Below, piece by piece: positions 38,257 through 47,882 of a stretch of 64,000 nucleotides of DNA (the stretch's first letter is position 1; each line of letters opens with the position of its first letter). The translations under genes and the position numbers were made by a program. The notes beneath the pieces are model-generated. The model ran no database searches and had not been told where the DNA came from. It worked only from the letters and a program-made list of their open reading frames with translations. This DNA is from Eubacteriales bacterium (GTDB taxonomy: Bacteria; Bacillota; Clostridia; Oscillospirales; CAG-382). The stretch covers positions 3,449 to 67,448 of the forward strand of contig JAZOSQ010000053.1 in assembly GCA_045657245.1 (NCBI GenBank), read 5' to 3'.

Positions 38257-39688
38257 CAACTTGTCGTTCATCGAAGGGGTATTTAACTCCTTCGATTTCT
38301 TCATACATTTCATGCCCTTTGCCTATAAGCAATATGACGTCGCCGTCTTTTGCGATGCGAAGGGCTTCTTTTATTGCTTTTCTTCTTTCAGGAATAATAA
38401 CATATTCGCCGTCGGTTTTCTTCATTCCTATCAGAATATCATCGATAATATCTTCAACACGTTCGAAACGAGAGTTATCCGAAGTAATAATCGACAAAGA
38501 GGAGTTTTTGCCGATAACTTCACCCATTGCATATCGGCGGAGTTTGCTCCTGTTACCACCACAACCGAAAACCGAAATGATACGTTTCGGGTTATAAATA
38601 CTCATGGTTTCGAAAAGTGTTTTGACACTGAATTCGTTATGAGCAAAATCGATTATGACCGTGTAGTTTTTGCCAATAGGAACGATCTCCATTCTTCCTT
38701 TAACAAACGCTTTTTTCAGACCTTCGGTGATTGCTTCGAATGGTATTCCTTGTTTTCTTGCAACAGCAATCGCGCCCATTGCGTTATAAAGTGAAAAATA
38801 ACCGGGTGTGTTAAGGTCGATATCGCAAGTATCTTTGTTTTCACAATATTTGAAGAGTGTTTTCAGACTATTGTTTTCTGCGGAAAATCTCGCATCATCA
38901 AACCAACAGTCGGCGTTGTTTTTACTGCCGAAAGTTGATATTTTGCATTTTGCACCATCAACAATGCGCTCAAAATGTTCACAATCACGGTTCACAATAA
39001 CTTCGTCGCATTGATTGAAAATCATCTTTTTACATTCAAGATAATTTTCGAAATCGGAATGTTCATTCGGGCCGATATGGTCGGGGGAGAGGTTTGTGAA
39101 AATGCCGATATCGAAATTTATTCCGTATGTACGGTCAAGAAGGAAACCTTGCGATGTTGCTTCGATTATTGCGGTATCGCAACCCTTGTCGAGCATTTCA
39201 CGGTAAAATTTGTGAAGAAGATAGGATTCAGGTGTTGAGTTTTCGGTGTCTTGTTTTTCGTCACCGATGTATGTACCTGTCGAACCAATAACACCGACTT
39301 TGTGTCCCGCCGCTTCATAAATGCTTTTGAGCATAAACGATGTGCTTGTTTTTCCCTTTGTGCCGGTTATAGCAACGGTATTTAACTTTTCGGCAGGTCT
39401 ACCGAAAAGATTTGCACTTGCCAATGCAAGGAACTTGCGAGTATTATCAACTTTTATAATTGTTGCGTCGTTGGGGAGAGTAATATCCTTTTCGACTGCA
39501 AAAACACGAGAACCTTTAGAATATGCTGATTCGGCATAATTATGTCCGTCTGCTTGAAAACCGCTTATACATACGAAAAGAGTATTTTCTGCGGCTTTTC
39601 TGGAATCATAAACTACGTCGTTGATTATCGAATCAGAATCGTAGTCAGAATAGATTTCTATACCGTTCAATATTTCCGAAAGTTTCAT
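38216..39688 (-). CDS. murE: UDP-MurNAc-L-Ala-D-Glu--2,6-diaminopimelate ligase
   Basis: The GTKGKTST P-loop and the Mur ligase middle and C-terminal domains are present. The DNSR motif region suggests DAP type. Confidence 0.9.
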   Translation of the reverse strand: MKLSEILNGIEIYSDYDSDSIINDVVYDSRKAAENTLFVCISGFQADGHNYAESAYSKGSRVFAVEKDITLPNDATIIKVDNTRKFLALASANLFGRPAEKLNTVAITGTKGKTSTSFMLKSIYEAAGHKVGVIGSTGTYIGDEKQDTENSTPESYLLHKFYREMLDKGCDTAIIEATSQGFLLDRTYGINFDIGIFTNLSPDHIGPNEHSDFENYLECKKMIFNQCDEVIVNRDCEHFERIVDGAKCKISTFGSKNNADCWFDDARFSAENNSLKTLFKYCENKDTCDIDLNTPGYFSLYNAMGAIAVARKQGIPFEAITEGLKKAFVKGRMEIVPIGKNYTVIIDFAHNEFSVKTLFETMSIYNPKRIISVFGCGGNRSKLRRYAMGEVIGKNSSLSIITSDNSRFERVEDIIDDILIGMKKTDGEYVIIPERRKAIKEALRIAKDGDVILLIGKGHEMYEEIEGVKYPFDERQVVIDSLSELQQQGN

Positions 39689-39698
39689 AATCTTCTCC

Positions 39699-40481
39699 TT
39701 AATGTTTATTGGGTATTAATTCACCTTTGAAAACCGACGTACATTCGCCGGTGATATACATATTGTTGTTTTCGTAATTAACCGTAATGACGCCTCCGGG
39801 TTGGTATACGTCATATGTATCGGCAATACATCCTTGTTCTATCGCAGCAGCGACACAAGCACAGCTTCCGGTCGAGCAAGAAAGGGTTTCGCCTATGCCG
39901 CGTTCCCAAACTCGCATTGCGATTTTACCACTACTTGATATAGCGGCAAATTCAACGTTTGTGCCGTTAGGAAACATCGGGTGGTTCTCGATTCTTGAAC
40001 CGTAAAGCGAAAATTCGTCGTCCCTTAATCCCGTAACAAGAATTACACAATGCGGATTGCCCAGAGAAACAGAAACGTAAGGGAAGTGAACTCCGCAAAC
40101 TTCAATATTACCTTTCGATTCAACGCGAGGCAAACCTATTTCAGCTTTGATTACGTCATTTGAAACAGAGAGTGCTCGTATTCCGGAAAGCGTTTCGACG
40201 ACAAAGTTTCTTTTTTTGAAAAAACCTTTTTCGGTAACATATTTTGCAGAACAGCGCAAAGCGTTACCGCAGATTTCGGCTTCGAATCCATCGGGATTGT
40301 AGACATGCATAAAGAAGTCTGCATATTGTGATGAACCGATGAAAACAGCACAATCTGCACCAATGCCGTAATGACGGTCGCATAGAAGTTTTATAAAATC
40401 CTTGTCGGGGAGAGTTTTTTGTGCCGGACTTCCGAAAATCACAAAATCATTTCCCAACGAATGTATCTTATAAAAATGCAT
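39699..40481 (-). CDS. dapF: diaminopimelate epimerase
   Basis: MHFYKIHSLGNDF N-terminus and two catalytic Cys contexts (CGNALRC, CSTGSCA). It lies immediately upstream of murE. Confidence 0.9.
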   Translation of the reverse strand: MHFYKIHSLGNDFVIFGSPAQKTLPDKDFIKLLCDRHYGIGADCAVFIGSSQYADFFMHVYNPDGFEAEICGNALRCSAKYVTEKGFFKKRNFVVETLSGIRALSVSNDVIKAEIGLPRVESKGNIEVCGVHFPYVSVSLGNPHCVILVTGLRDDEFSLYGSRIENHPMFPNGTNVEFAAISSSGKIAMRVWERGIGETLSCSTGSCACVAAAIEQGCIADTYDVYQPGGVITVNYENNNMYITGECTSVFKGELIPNKH

Positions 40482-40575
40482 TATACCACCCTTTATTATA
40501 TCAAATTTAATTGATTTTTCAATATGTTTATGATAGAATAATTAAAAGTACGCAAACTTGGTTTCGGAGGTTATT

Positions 40576-41151
40576 GTGAACAACGGTTTTTACTCTATGT
40601 TATTTAGAATGAAACATATAAAACGATGGGGGATAATGCATTCGATAATTCCCGATTATTTATCAACCCATTCGCTCGAAGTCGGATTCCTCGCACATTC
40701 ACTTGCAATTATCGGCAATAAATATTTCGGGAAGAATTATGATTGCGATAAAATCACAGTTAAAGCTATCTATCACGACGTTCCCGAGATTTTTACCGGT
40801 GATATCCCGACACCCGTAAAATATTACAGCAAGGATACAAAAGAAGCATATAACGCTGTTGAAAACGCATCTCTCAATAAATTGATGGAAATGCTTCCCG
40901 AGGATTTCAGAAGTGAATATTCAGAACTTTTTAAATATACCGAAGAGGAAAAAACTTTGATTAAGGCGGCAGACAGAATATCCGCATATATAAAATGTCT
41001 CGAAGAAGAAAGTTACGGAAGCAAAGAGTTCAAAATTGCAGGGGAGAGATTGCTTTCTGCAGTCAAGGAAATGAAGTCCGAAGAAGCAGATTATTTTCTC
41101 GATAATTTCCTCGAAGCATTTGGTCTTCCGATTGATTCAATAATCAATTAA
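40576..41151 (+). CDS. HD-domain 5'-deoxynucleotidase (YfbR-like)
   Basis: HS..V...A and YHDVPEIFTGD HD motifs. GTG start 5 nt after a GGAGG RBS. Confidence 0.7.
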   Translation: MNNGFYSMLFRMKHIKRWGIMHSIIPDYLSTHSLEVGFLAHSLAIIGNKYFGKNYDCDKITVKAIYHDVPEIFTGDIPTPVKYYSKDTKEAYNAVENASLNKLMEMLPEDFRSEYSELFKYTEEEKTLIKAADRISAYIKCLEEESYGSKEFKIAGERLLSAVKEMKSEEADYFLDNFLEAFGLPIDSIIN

Positions 41152-41213
41152 GATTTCAAGTGACGACTTACATATATATCATATGCTGTTATTATATAAC
41201 AGTTACAATCTAC

Positions 41214-41248
41214 AACGACCGTTTTACTGTGAAAAACGGTCGTTTTTT
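41214..41248 (+). terminator. rho-independent terminator after the HD-domain gene
   Basis: 12-bp stem aacgaccgtttt/aaaacggtcgtt followed by TTTTT. Confidence 0.8.
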
Positions 41249-41351
41249 CTTATTGGAATATATAAATGTAGATGATATTTGAAAAAATAACTAAAAATAT
41301 AACAATATATTGTGTAAAAATAACGAAATGATTTTATGCGTAGGAAAAAAC

Positions 41352-41380
41352 TTGATTTTTTGACAAAAAAGTTGTATATT
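41352..41380 (+). promoter_or_regulatory. candidate sigma-A promoter of the decarboxylase operon
   Basis: TTGATT, 17-nt spacer, TATATT. An overlapping TTGACA offers an alternative -35. Confidence 0.45.
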
Positions 41381-41443
41381 ATATCTTGAAATAAATTGTG
41401 AGAAATACATTATTGTTTTCTCGAATGAAAGGATGTACGGTTT

Positions 41444-42142
41444 ATGAATTTTACCGGTATTACGAAGTTGGCTTTAACGGCCTCTGCTTCGGGATATGGC
41501 AGCCACTTGAACGAAAGTTCGTCCTTTGCTGAACGTGCAACGTTTGGTTTGGAAGTTGTGGCTATCGGCATGGCTGTGGTATTTGGCGTATTGTTGCTCT
41601 TGATCGGTATCCTTCAGATTTTCAAATTGTTCGGAGCTAAGCCCCAAAACAAAAAAGAATCTGAAGCATCCAAAGTTGCTTCGCCCGCTAACGCACCTGC
41701 ACCGACTGCTGTTTCGGCTTCTTCCGAAGAAGAAAAAATTGTTGCGATCGCAACTGCTGCTATTGCGGCATCTCGTGGAAAGAGTAACGTTGATTTCCAA
41801 GTGCTTTCGATTGCACCTATCAACGCTTGCGTATGCGCACAAAGCGCTGCTCCTGCTGCGGCTCCCGTAGCTCCTAAGGCTTCCGAGCCTGCACCCGCTC
41901 CCGCTCCTGCACCTGTTGTTGCCGGAGACGGCGAAAAGGTTAACGCTCCTCTCCCCGGAAATATTCTCGACGTTAAGGTTGCTTCCGGTGCTTCTGTTAA
42001 GAAGGGTGACATTCTCTGTATTCTTGAAGCGATGAAGATGGAAAACGAGATCGTTGCTCCTATTGACGGTACGATCGTTACCGCTGCTGCTACAAAGGGT
42101 TCTTCCGTTAACACCGGTGACCTTCTCTTTGTTATCGGCTGA
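41444..42142 (+). CDS. OadG-like gamma subunit fused to a biotinyl (biotin carboxyl carrier) domain
   Basis: An N-terminal single-TM OadG-type segment (GMAVVFGVLLLLIGILQIF), an Ala/Pro-rich linker, and a C-terminal biotinyl domain with EAMKMENE. Confidence 0.75.
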   Translation: MNFTGITKLALTASASGYGSHLNESSSFAERATFGLEVVAIGMAVVFGVLLLLIGILQIFKLFGAKPQNKKESEASKVASPANAPAPTAVSASSEEEKIVAIATAAIAASRGKSNVDFQVLSIAPINACVCAQSAAPAAAPVAPKASEPAPAPAPAPVVAGDGEKVNAPLPGNILDVKVASGASVKKGDILCILEAMKMENEIVAPIDGTIVTAAATKGSSVNTGDLLFVIG

Positions 42143-42209
42143 TAAGTTTGAACTTGTAAAAAAATATTTCAGATTAAATTCTAAATTGAAATTTAAGGAG
42201 AAAAATATT

Positions 42210-42575
42210 ATGGCAAAGAAGTATATTGTTACCGTTAACGGTACTGGTTATGAAGTAATTGTTGAAGAAGGCGGATCCGTTGCAGCTCCCGTTGCAGCAC
42301 CCGTACCCGCAGCAGCACCTGCGCCCGCAGCAGCACCCGCACCTGCAGCAACTCCTGCAGACGGTGTTAAGATTACTGCTCCGCTTCCCGGCAACATTCT
42401 TGACGTTAAGGTTGCTTCCGGCGCTTCCGTTAAGAAGGGTGATATCCTTTGTATTCTCGAAGCAATGAAGATGGAAAACGAAATCGTTGCTCCTCAGGAC
42501 GGTACCATTGCAAGCGTTTCCGCTACCAAAGGTTCTTCCGTTAACACCGGCGATCTTCTTTTTGTTATCGGTTAA
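42210..42575 (+). CDS. biotin carboxyl carrier subunit (GcdC/MmdC-like, 121 aa)
   Basis: An Ala/Pro linker plus an EAMKMENE biotinylation motif. AAGGAG RBS. The ORF-track N-terminal extension was trimmed. Confidence 0.8.
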   Translation: MAKKYIVTVNGTGYEVIVEEGGSVAAPVAAPVPAAAPAPAAAPAPAATPADGVKITAPLPGNILDVKVASGASVKKGDILCILEAMKMENEIVAPQDGTIASVSATKGSSVNTGDLLFVIG

Positions 42576-42615
42576 TCAATTTTACCGTAATTAATAAAGA
42601 GAAAGGTGTTATATT

Positions 42616-43842
42616 ATGATTGAAGCATTGAAAGGATTGTTTGAACAATCCGGTTTTGGCAGTTTGTATAACGCCAGTGAACAGTTTGAATATTTTGGCG
42701 TTAAATCAAACTTTGACTTTGGCACGATAATCATGCTTTTGATTGCTTGCCTACTTTTCTACCTTGCAGTTGTTAAGAAGTTTGAACCCCTTCTTCTTCT
42801 TCCGATTGCTTTCGGTATGCTCTTGGTTAACATTCCCGGCCCTATCGGCGATGCTGTTTTCCATAGTGACATTTTCATTAACGAAACAGGTCACATTAAT
42901 TGGGGCGAACTTGCTCACGGTGCAGGTTTGATAGACTATCTCTATCTCGGCGTTAAGCTTGGTATCTATCCTCCGCTTATATTCCTCGGCGTTGGTGCTA
43001 TGACCGACTTTAAACCCCTTATCGCAAACCCGAAGAGCCTTCTTCTCGGTGCAGCGGCACAGCTTGGTGTTTTCGTTGCATTCTTTGGTGCTCTCGCATC
43101 CGGTTACTTCAACGTAGCAGAAGCGGCTTCCATCGGTATCATCGGTGGTGCAGACGGTCCTACTGCTATTTACGTAACCAAATCTCTTGCACCCAACCTT
43201 CTCGGTGCAATTGCGATCGCAGCATATTCCTATATGGCTCTCGTTCCTTTTATTCAGCCCCCCATCATGAAGGCATTCACTTCGAAGAAGGAACGTCAGA
43301 TCGTTATGGGTCAGCTCCGTAACGTATCAAAGACCGAAGAAATTATTTTCCCGATCGTTGTTACGCTTGTTGTAAGTATCATTCTTCCTTCTGCGGCTGC
43401 ACTTGTCGGTATGCTTATGCTCGGTAACCTTTTGAAGGTTTCCGGTGTTGCAGACAGACTTTCTAAGACCGCTCAGAACGAACTTATGAATATCGTAACG
43501 ATCTTGCTCGGTATTTCTGTCGGTGCTACCGCTGACGCAGCAAACTTCCTTAAGGTTCAGACTCTCTTGATTATCGGTCTCGGTCTTTGTGCATTTGCCG
43601 TTGCTACCTTTGGTGGTGTTATTTTCGGTAAACTTATGTGCATCGTTACCGGTGGTAAGATCAATCCTCTTATCGGTTCTGCAGGTGTTTCTGCCGTTCC
43701 TATGGCAGCACGTGTTTCTCAGACCGTTGGTCAGAAAGAAAACCCTGCAAACTTCCTTCTTATGCACGCTATGGGTCCCAACGTTGCAGGTGTTATCGGT
43801 TCTGCTGTTGCAGCCGGTGTATTCCTCGCAATGTTCGGTTAA
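42616..43842 (+). CDS. oadB: Na+-translocating decarboxylase beta subunit (OadB/GcdB/MmdB family)
   Basis: 408-aa polytopic membrane protein with a family-typical sequence ([18 protein letters not shown]). Confidence 0.9.
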   Translation: MIEALKGLFEQSGFGSLYNASEQFEYFGVKSNFDFGTIIMLLIACLLFYLAVVKKFEPLLLLPIAFGMLLVNIPGPIGDAVFHSDIFINETGHINWGELAHGAGLIDYLYLGVKLGIYPPLIFLGVGAMTDFKPLIANPKSLLLGAAAQLGVFVAFFGALASGYFNVAEAASIGIIGGADGPTAIYVTKSLAPNLLGAIAIAAYSYMALVPFIQPPIMKAFTSKKERQIVMGQLRNVSKTEEIIFPIVVTLVVSIILPSAAALVGMLMLGNLLKVSGVADRLSKTAQNELMNIVTILLGISVGATADAANFLKVQTLLIIGLGLCAFAVATFGGVIFGKLMCIVTGGKINPLIGSAGVSAVPMAARVSQTVGQKENPANFLLMHAMGPNVAGVIGSAVAAGVFLAMFG

Positions 43843-43873
43843 TAAAATCGTTATAGAAAGGTGATGTATAATA

Positions 43874-45289
43874 ATGGCTAAGCAAGTTAAAATTACAGAA
43901 ACAATTCTTCGTGACTCCCACCAGTCGCTTATCGCTACAAGAATGACCACCGATGAAATGCTCGAGATTCTTCCCGAACTCGACAAAGTCGGATATCACT
44001 CTCCCGAAGCTTGGGGCGGCGCTACTTTCGACTCTTGCCTTCGTTTCTTAAACGAAGATCCTTGGCAGAGACTTCGTACTATTAAAGATAAGTGCCCCAA
44101 TACTCCTCTCCAGATGCTTTTCAGAGGTCAGAACATTCTCGGTTACAGACACTATGCCGATGACGTTGTTGAATACTTTGTTCAGAAGTGTGTTGCAAAC
44201 GGTATGGATATCATCCGTATTTTCGACGCACTCAACGACCCCAGAAACCTCAAAACTGCTATCGAAGCAACCAAGAAGGAAAAGGGTCACGTTCAGGCAT
44301 GTGTTTGCTACACAACCGGTCCTGTATTCTCTAACGAATACTTTGCAAAATATGCAAAACAGCTTGAAGAAATGGGTGCAGACAGCATCTGTATCAAAGA
44401 TATGTCCGGCCTTCTCAAGCCCTACGATGCATACGATCTCGTAACTGCTATCAAGGCAATTTGTAATATTCCTGTGCAGCTTCACACTCACTACACCAGT
44501 GGTCTTGCTTCTATGACTGTTCTTAAGGCAATCGAAGCAGGTGTTGACGTTGTTGACTGTGCGCTTTCTCCTCTCGCATTGGGTACATCTCAGCCCGCTA
44601 CCGAACCGATCGTTGCTACCCTTCAGGGCACTCCGTTCGATACCGGTATCAACCTTGCACAGCTTGATAAGATCTCCAAGCACTTTGATGCTCTCCGTGA
44701 AAAGTATATTGCAAACGGTCAGCTTGATCCTAAGCTTCTTAAGGTTAACGTTAACGCTCTTATGTATCAGGTTCCTGGCGGAATGCTTTCCAACCTTCTT
44801 TCTCAGCTTAAGCAGGCAGGCGCAAGTGACAAACTTCAGGAAGTTCTTGAAGAAGTTCCGCGCGTTAGAGAAGATGCAGGTTATGCACCTCTCGTAACCC
44901 CCACCTCTCAGATCGTTGGTACTCAGGCAGTATTTAATGTTCTTATGGGCGAAAGATACAAGAACGTAACCAAGGAATTTAAGGGCATGATTAGAGGCGA
45001 TTACGGTAAGACTCCCGTTCCGATCAAACCCGAATTCGTTAAGAAAATCATCGGTGACGAAAAGCAGATCACCTGCCGTCCCGCTGACCAGATTAAGCCC
45101 GAACTCGAAACTCTCAAGAGTCAGCTCGGCAACAAAGCTCAGCAGGAAGAAGACGTTCTTTCCTATGCACTTTTCGATCAGGTTGCACTTAAGTTCTTTG
45201 AAAAGAGAGATGAAGGTGTTGCTGTTGCAAATGCAATTGCTAACGCTTCTGCTAATAAGTACAACGTAAACGTTCGCGAAGTAAAATAA
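43874..45289 (+). CDS. oadA: oxaloacetate decarboxylase alpha-type carboxyltransferase subunit with no C-terminal biotinyl domain
   Basis: The ITETILRDSHQSLIATRM N-terminus indicates a pyruvate-carboxyltransferase TIM barrel plus a PYC_OADA-type domain. It ends at 471 aa with no MKM motif. Confidence 0.85.
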   Translation: MAKQVKITETILRDSHQSLIATRMTTDEMLEILPELDKVGYHSPEAWGGATFDSCLRFLNEDPWQRLRTIKDKCPNTPLQMLFRGQNILGYRHYADDVVEYFVQKCVANGMDIIRIFDALNDPRNLKTAIEATKKEKGHVQACVCYTTGPVFSNEYFAKYAKQLEEMGADSICIKDMSGLLKPYDAYDLVTAIKAICNIPVQLHTHYTSGLASMTVLKAIEAGVDVVDCALSPLALGTSQPATEPIVATLQGTPFDTGINLAQLDKISKHFDALREKYIANGQLDPKLLKVNVNALMYQVPGGMLSNLLSQLKQAGASDKLQEVLEEVPRVREDAGYAPLVTPTSQIVGTQAVFNVLMGERYKNVTKEFKGMIRGDYGKTPVPIKPEFVKKIIGDEKQITCRPADQIKPELETLKSQLGNKAQQEEDVLSYALFDQVALKFFEKRDEGVAVANAIANASANKYNVNVREVK

Positions 45290-45300
45290 ACCAATAAAAA

Positions 45301-45337
45301 AAGCGGAACTTCGAATTTGAAGTTCCGCTTTTTTTAT
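45301..45337. terminator. bidirectional terminator (decarboxylase operon / recR)
   Basis: 12-bp stem aagcggaacttc/gaagttccgctt, with an A-run upstream and T7 downstream. Confidence 0.85.
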
Positions 45338-45356
45338 TTGATTAATTTGCTTTTGA

Positions 45357-45941
45357 TTAAACTTCGGTTCTGCCTTCAATGGCTTTCATAAGTGTCACTG
45401 AATCTGCATATTCAAGTGTTGCACCAACGGGTAATCCATAAGCAAGACGAGTTACTTTGATGCCGAAAGGTTTAATGAGTCGACTTAAATACATTGCGGT
45501 CGCTTCTCCTTCAACACTTGGATTTGTAGCAATTATCACTTCTTTTACTTCGGATAAACGCGAGAGCAGTTCTTTGATTTTAAGCTGTTCGGGACCGATT
45601 CCGTCAACAGGAGAGATCACACCGTGCATAACATGGTATTTGCCTTTATATTCACGTGTTTCTTCGATTGCTTCCAAAGCTTTGTTGTCTTCAACAACAA
45701 TTATGGTTTCAGAATTACGATCAGGGTCGGCACAAATTTCACAAACTCCGTTTTCGCAATATGACTGACAAGCGGTACAGAGTTTAATGCTGTTTTTTGC
45801 CTCTATAAGCGAACTTGCAAAGTTTTTAACTTCGTCATCACTCATCTCTATGATTTTGTAAGCGAGACGCGAAGCGCTCTTTCTTCCAATGCCAGGAAGG
45901 GAAGCAAAGCTATTTATAAGCTTCTCCAAAGTCGGTGTCAT
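45357..45941 (-). CDS. recR: recombination protein RecR
   Basis: LPGIGRKSA HhH motif, a C4 zinc finger and a Toprim domain. Confidence 0.95.
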   Translation of the reverse strand: MTPTLEKLINSFASLPGIGRKSASRLAYKIIEMSDDEVKNFASSLIEAKNSIKLCTACQSYCENGVCEICADPDRNSETIIVVEDNKALEAIEETREYKGKYHVMHGVISPVDGIGPEQLKIKELLSRLSEVKEVIIATNPSVEGEATAMYLSRLIKPFGIKVTRLAYGLPVGATLEYADSVTLMKAIEGRTEV

Positions 45942-45955
45942 TTAACGACCTCCGA

Positions 45956-46303
45956 TTAAAACATACCGGGCATTCCGGGGATCGAACCGGTGATTTTGGA
46001 CATTTCTTCGCTGTTTGTGTCTTCAACACGCTTGATGGCTTCATTAACAGCTGCAACGAGGATATCTTCAAGGGTTTCTTTATCGTCGGGGTCGATAATT
46101 TCAGGTTCGAGAGAAATCGAGAGAATTTCTTTTTTGCCGTTGATTTTAACGTTTACAACTCCACCACCAGCGGAAATTTCATATTCACGTTCTTCGAGTT
46201 CAGATTGTTTCGCTTGCATATCTTCCTGCATTTTTTGTGCTTGGCGCATCAATGCATTCATGTCGGAAGGTCCGCCCATTCCTTTTGGAAGTCTAACTTT
46301 CAT
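45956..46303 (-). CDS. ybaB: YbaB/EbfC family nucleoid-associated protein
   Basis: 115 aa containing MNALMRQAQKMQEDM, in the conserved dnaX-ybaB-recR order. Confidence 0.9.
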   Translation of the reverse strand: MKVRLPKGMGGPSDMNALMRQAQKMQEDMQAKQSELEEREYEISAGGGVVNVKINGKKEILSISLEPEIIDPDDKETLEDILVAAVNEAIKRVEDTNSEEMSKITGSIPGMPGMF

Positions 46304-46323
46304 TTGTAAATTCTCCTTTATGT

Positions 46324-47841
46324 TTATAATTCATCAATAAGTGTAGTTTGGTTTTCATTCACGGATACATTGTTTTTTGTTTCAAATGTAACCGAAACGA
46401 GTTTACCGCTGACCGATGTGAATGCTTCGGTGAGCATTTTTTTGTTTATCGGAGTGTCAAGCAAAGATTTCGCAAGGGGCTCCGAAACGATAATTATATT
46501 GTCATTCTCTGTATAGACCTTTGATTGCTTGAGAAAAGCAATAACTTGCGGTTCTTTTGAAAGGTATTCGTAAATTTCGGGAATATCAAAAAATTCCGAA
46601 CGCTCTGAAGCGGGAACGTTTTCGTTTCTTTGCTCCATGATTTCTGTTTTTGGCAGTTCAGATTCCTGTTTAGGTTCAGGAATCGAAAAACCTGTTGCGG
46701 TAAGTAACGCTATTTTTTTTTCAAGCTCGGAAATTCTCGCCGCAAGAGCTTTGGGTGAATCGGATATCGTTCTGTCGCACATACGAATTACTGCCATTTC
46801 AAGAATCGTGCGTTTATTCGTTGAATATTTCGAAATTCGAGATTGTGTTTCTTCCAAAACAGAAATTATATAGAAAAGCTGTTCCATTGTCAGCGTTTCA
46901 ACAAGAGCTTTGGGAAGGGCAGACGTTGAATTATAATTTTGCGATTTCGAAAGTTGCTTTTCAATCATAATATCACGAACAACGATCGAAAGATCATCAA
47001 TGAAGACAGATATGTCTTTTGATGAACGATGTATCTGTTCGATGATATCTATTGCCTTCGGAATATTTTTATCGGCGACAGCAAAAAGCAAATCATAAAG
47101 AGTTTCGTTACTCGCAAGGCCGAGTACGCTTCTTATTGATTCCTTTGTCAAAACACCGTTATTGCCGTTCGAACAAGCTTCCAAAAGCGAAAGCGCATCT
47201 CTCATAGAACCGTCAGCAAGACGTGAAAGAAGTTCGGCTGAGCCGTCATCGAGCTTTATGCCTTCTTGGTCTGCAACAAATTCAATACGATTCTTGACGG
47301 ATTCGGTATCTATACGAGAAAAATCGAAACGAATACAACGTGAAATAATTGTCGGAGGGAGTTCGTTGATTTCGGTTGTTGCCAAAATAAAAACAACATA
47401 TTCGGGAGGTTCTTCAAGGGTTTTCAATAGTGCGTTGAAGGCACTGTCGGTCAACATATGAACTTCGTCGATAATATAAACTCTCTTTTTGAGAACGGAA
47501 GGGGGGTAGACAACTTCGTCGCGAAGGTCACGAACGTTATCAACACGGTTGTTACTCGCAGCGTCGATTTCAAGAACGTCGGTTGCGCTTCCCGAATCAA
47601 TGGCTTTGCACGAAGAACATTCGTTACAAGGGTTGCCGTCTTGTAAATTTTCGCAGTTTACTGCCTTCGCAAGTATTTTTGCTGACGAGGTTTTACCTGT
47701 ACCTCTTGTACCACAGAACAAATATGCATGAGATACACGGTTTGCGGCACATTGCTTCTTCAAAATTGATGTAATATGTTCTTGACCGCACATCTCGTCG
47801 AAAATACGAGGACGCCATTTTCTGTAAAGCGATAGATACAA
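46324..47841 (-). CDS. dnaX: DNA polymerase III subunit tau (gamma/tau) DnaX
   Basis: YRKWRP N-terminus, GTRGTGKTS Walker A, a Cys4 zinc module and SRC. 505 aa. Confidence 0.9.
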   Translation of the reverse strand: MYLSLYRKWRPRIFDEMCGQEHITSILKKQCAANRVSHAYLFCGTRGTGKTSSAKILAKAVNCENLQDGNPCNECSSCKAIDSGSATDVLEIDAASNNRVDNVRDLRDEVVYPPSVLKKRVYIIDEVHMLTDSAFNALLKTLEEPPEYVVFILATTEINELPPTIISRCIRFDFSRIDTESVKNRIEFVADQEGIKLDDGSAELLSRLADGSMRDALSLLEACSNGNNGVLTKESIRSVLGLASNETLYDLLFAVADKNIPKAIDIIEQIHRSSKDISVFIDDLSIVVRDIMIEKQLSKSQNYNSTSALPKALVETLTMEQLFYIISVLEETQSRISKYSTNKRTILEMAVIRMCDRTISDSPKALAARISELEKKIALLTATGFSIPEPKQESELPKTEIMEQRNENVPASERSEFFDIPEIYEYLSKEPQVIAFLKQSKVYTENDNIIIVSEPLAKSLLDTPINKKMLTEAFTSVSGKLVSVTFETKNNVSVNENQTTLIDEL

Positions 47842-47882
47842 AGCTTGTCACCTCCTGATTGAAATAATGAGATACAAAATAT

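Noticed and set aside
41860-42360. GC-rich Ala/Pro-coding repeats, considered as a possible DNA tandem-repeat or CRISPR-like element.
   Set aside because: They are in frame inside the two biotin-carrier genes and encode the flexible AP-rich linkers typical of these proteins. There is no repeat-spacer architecture.
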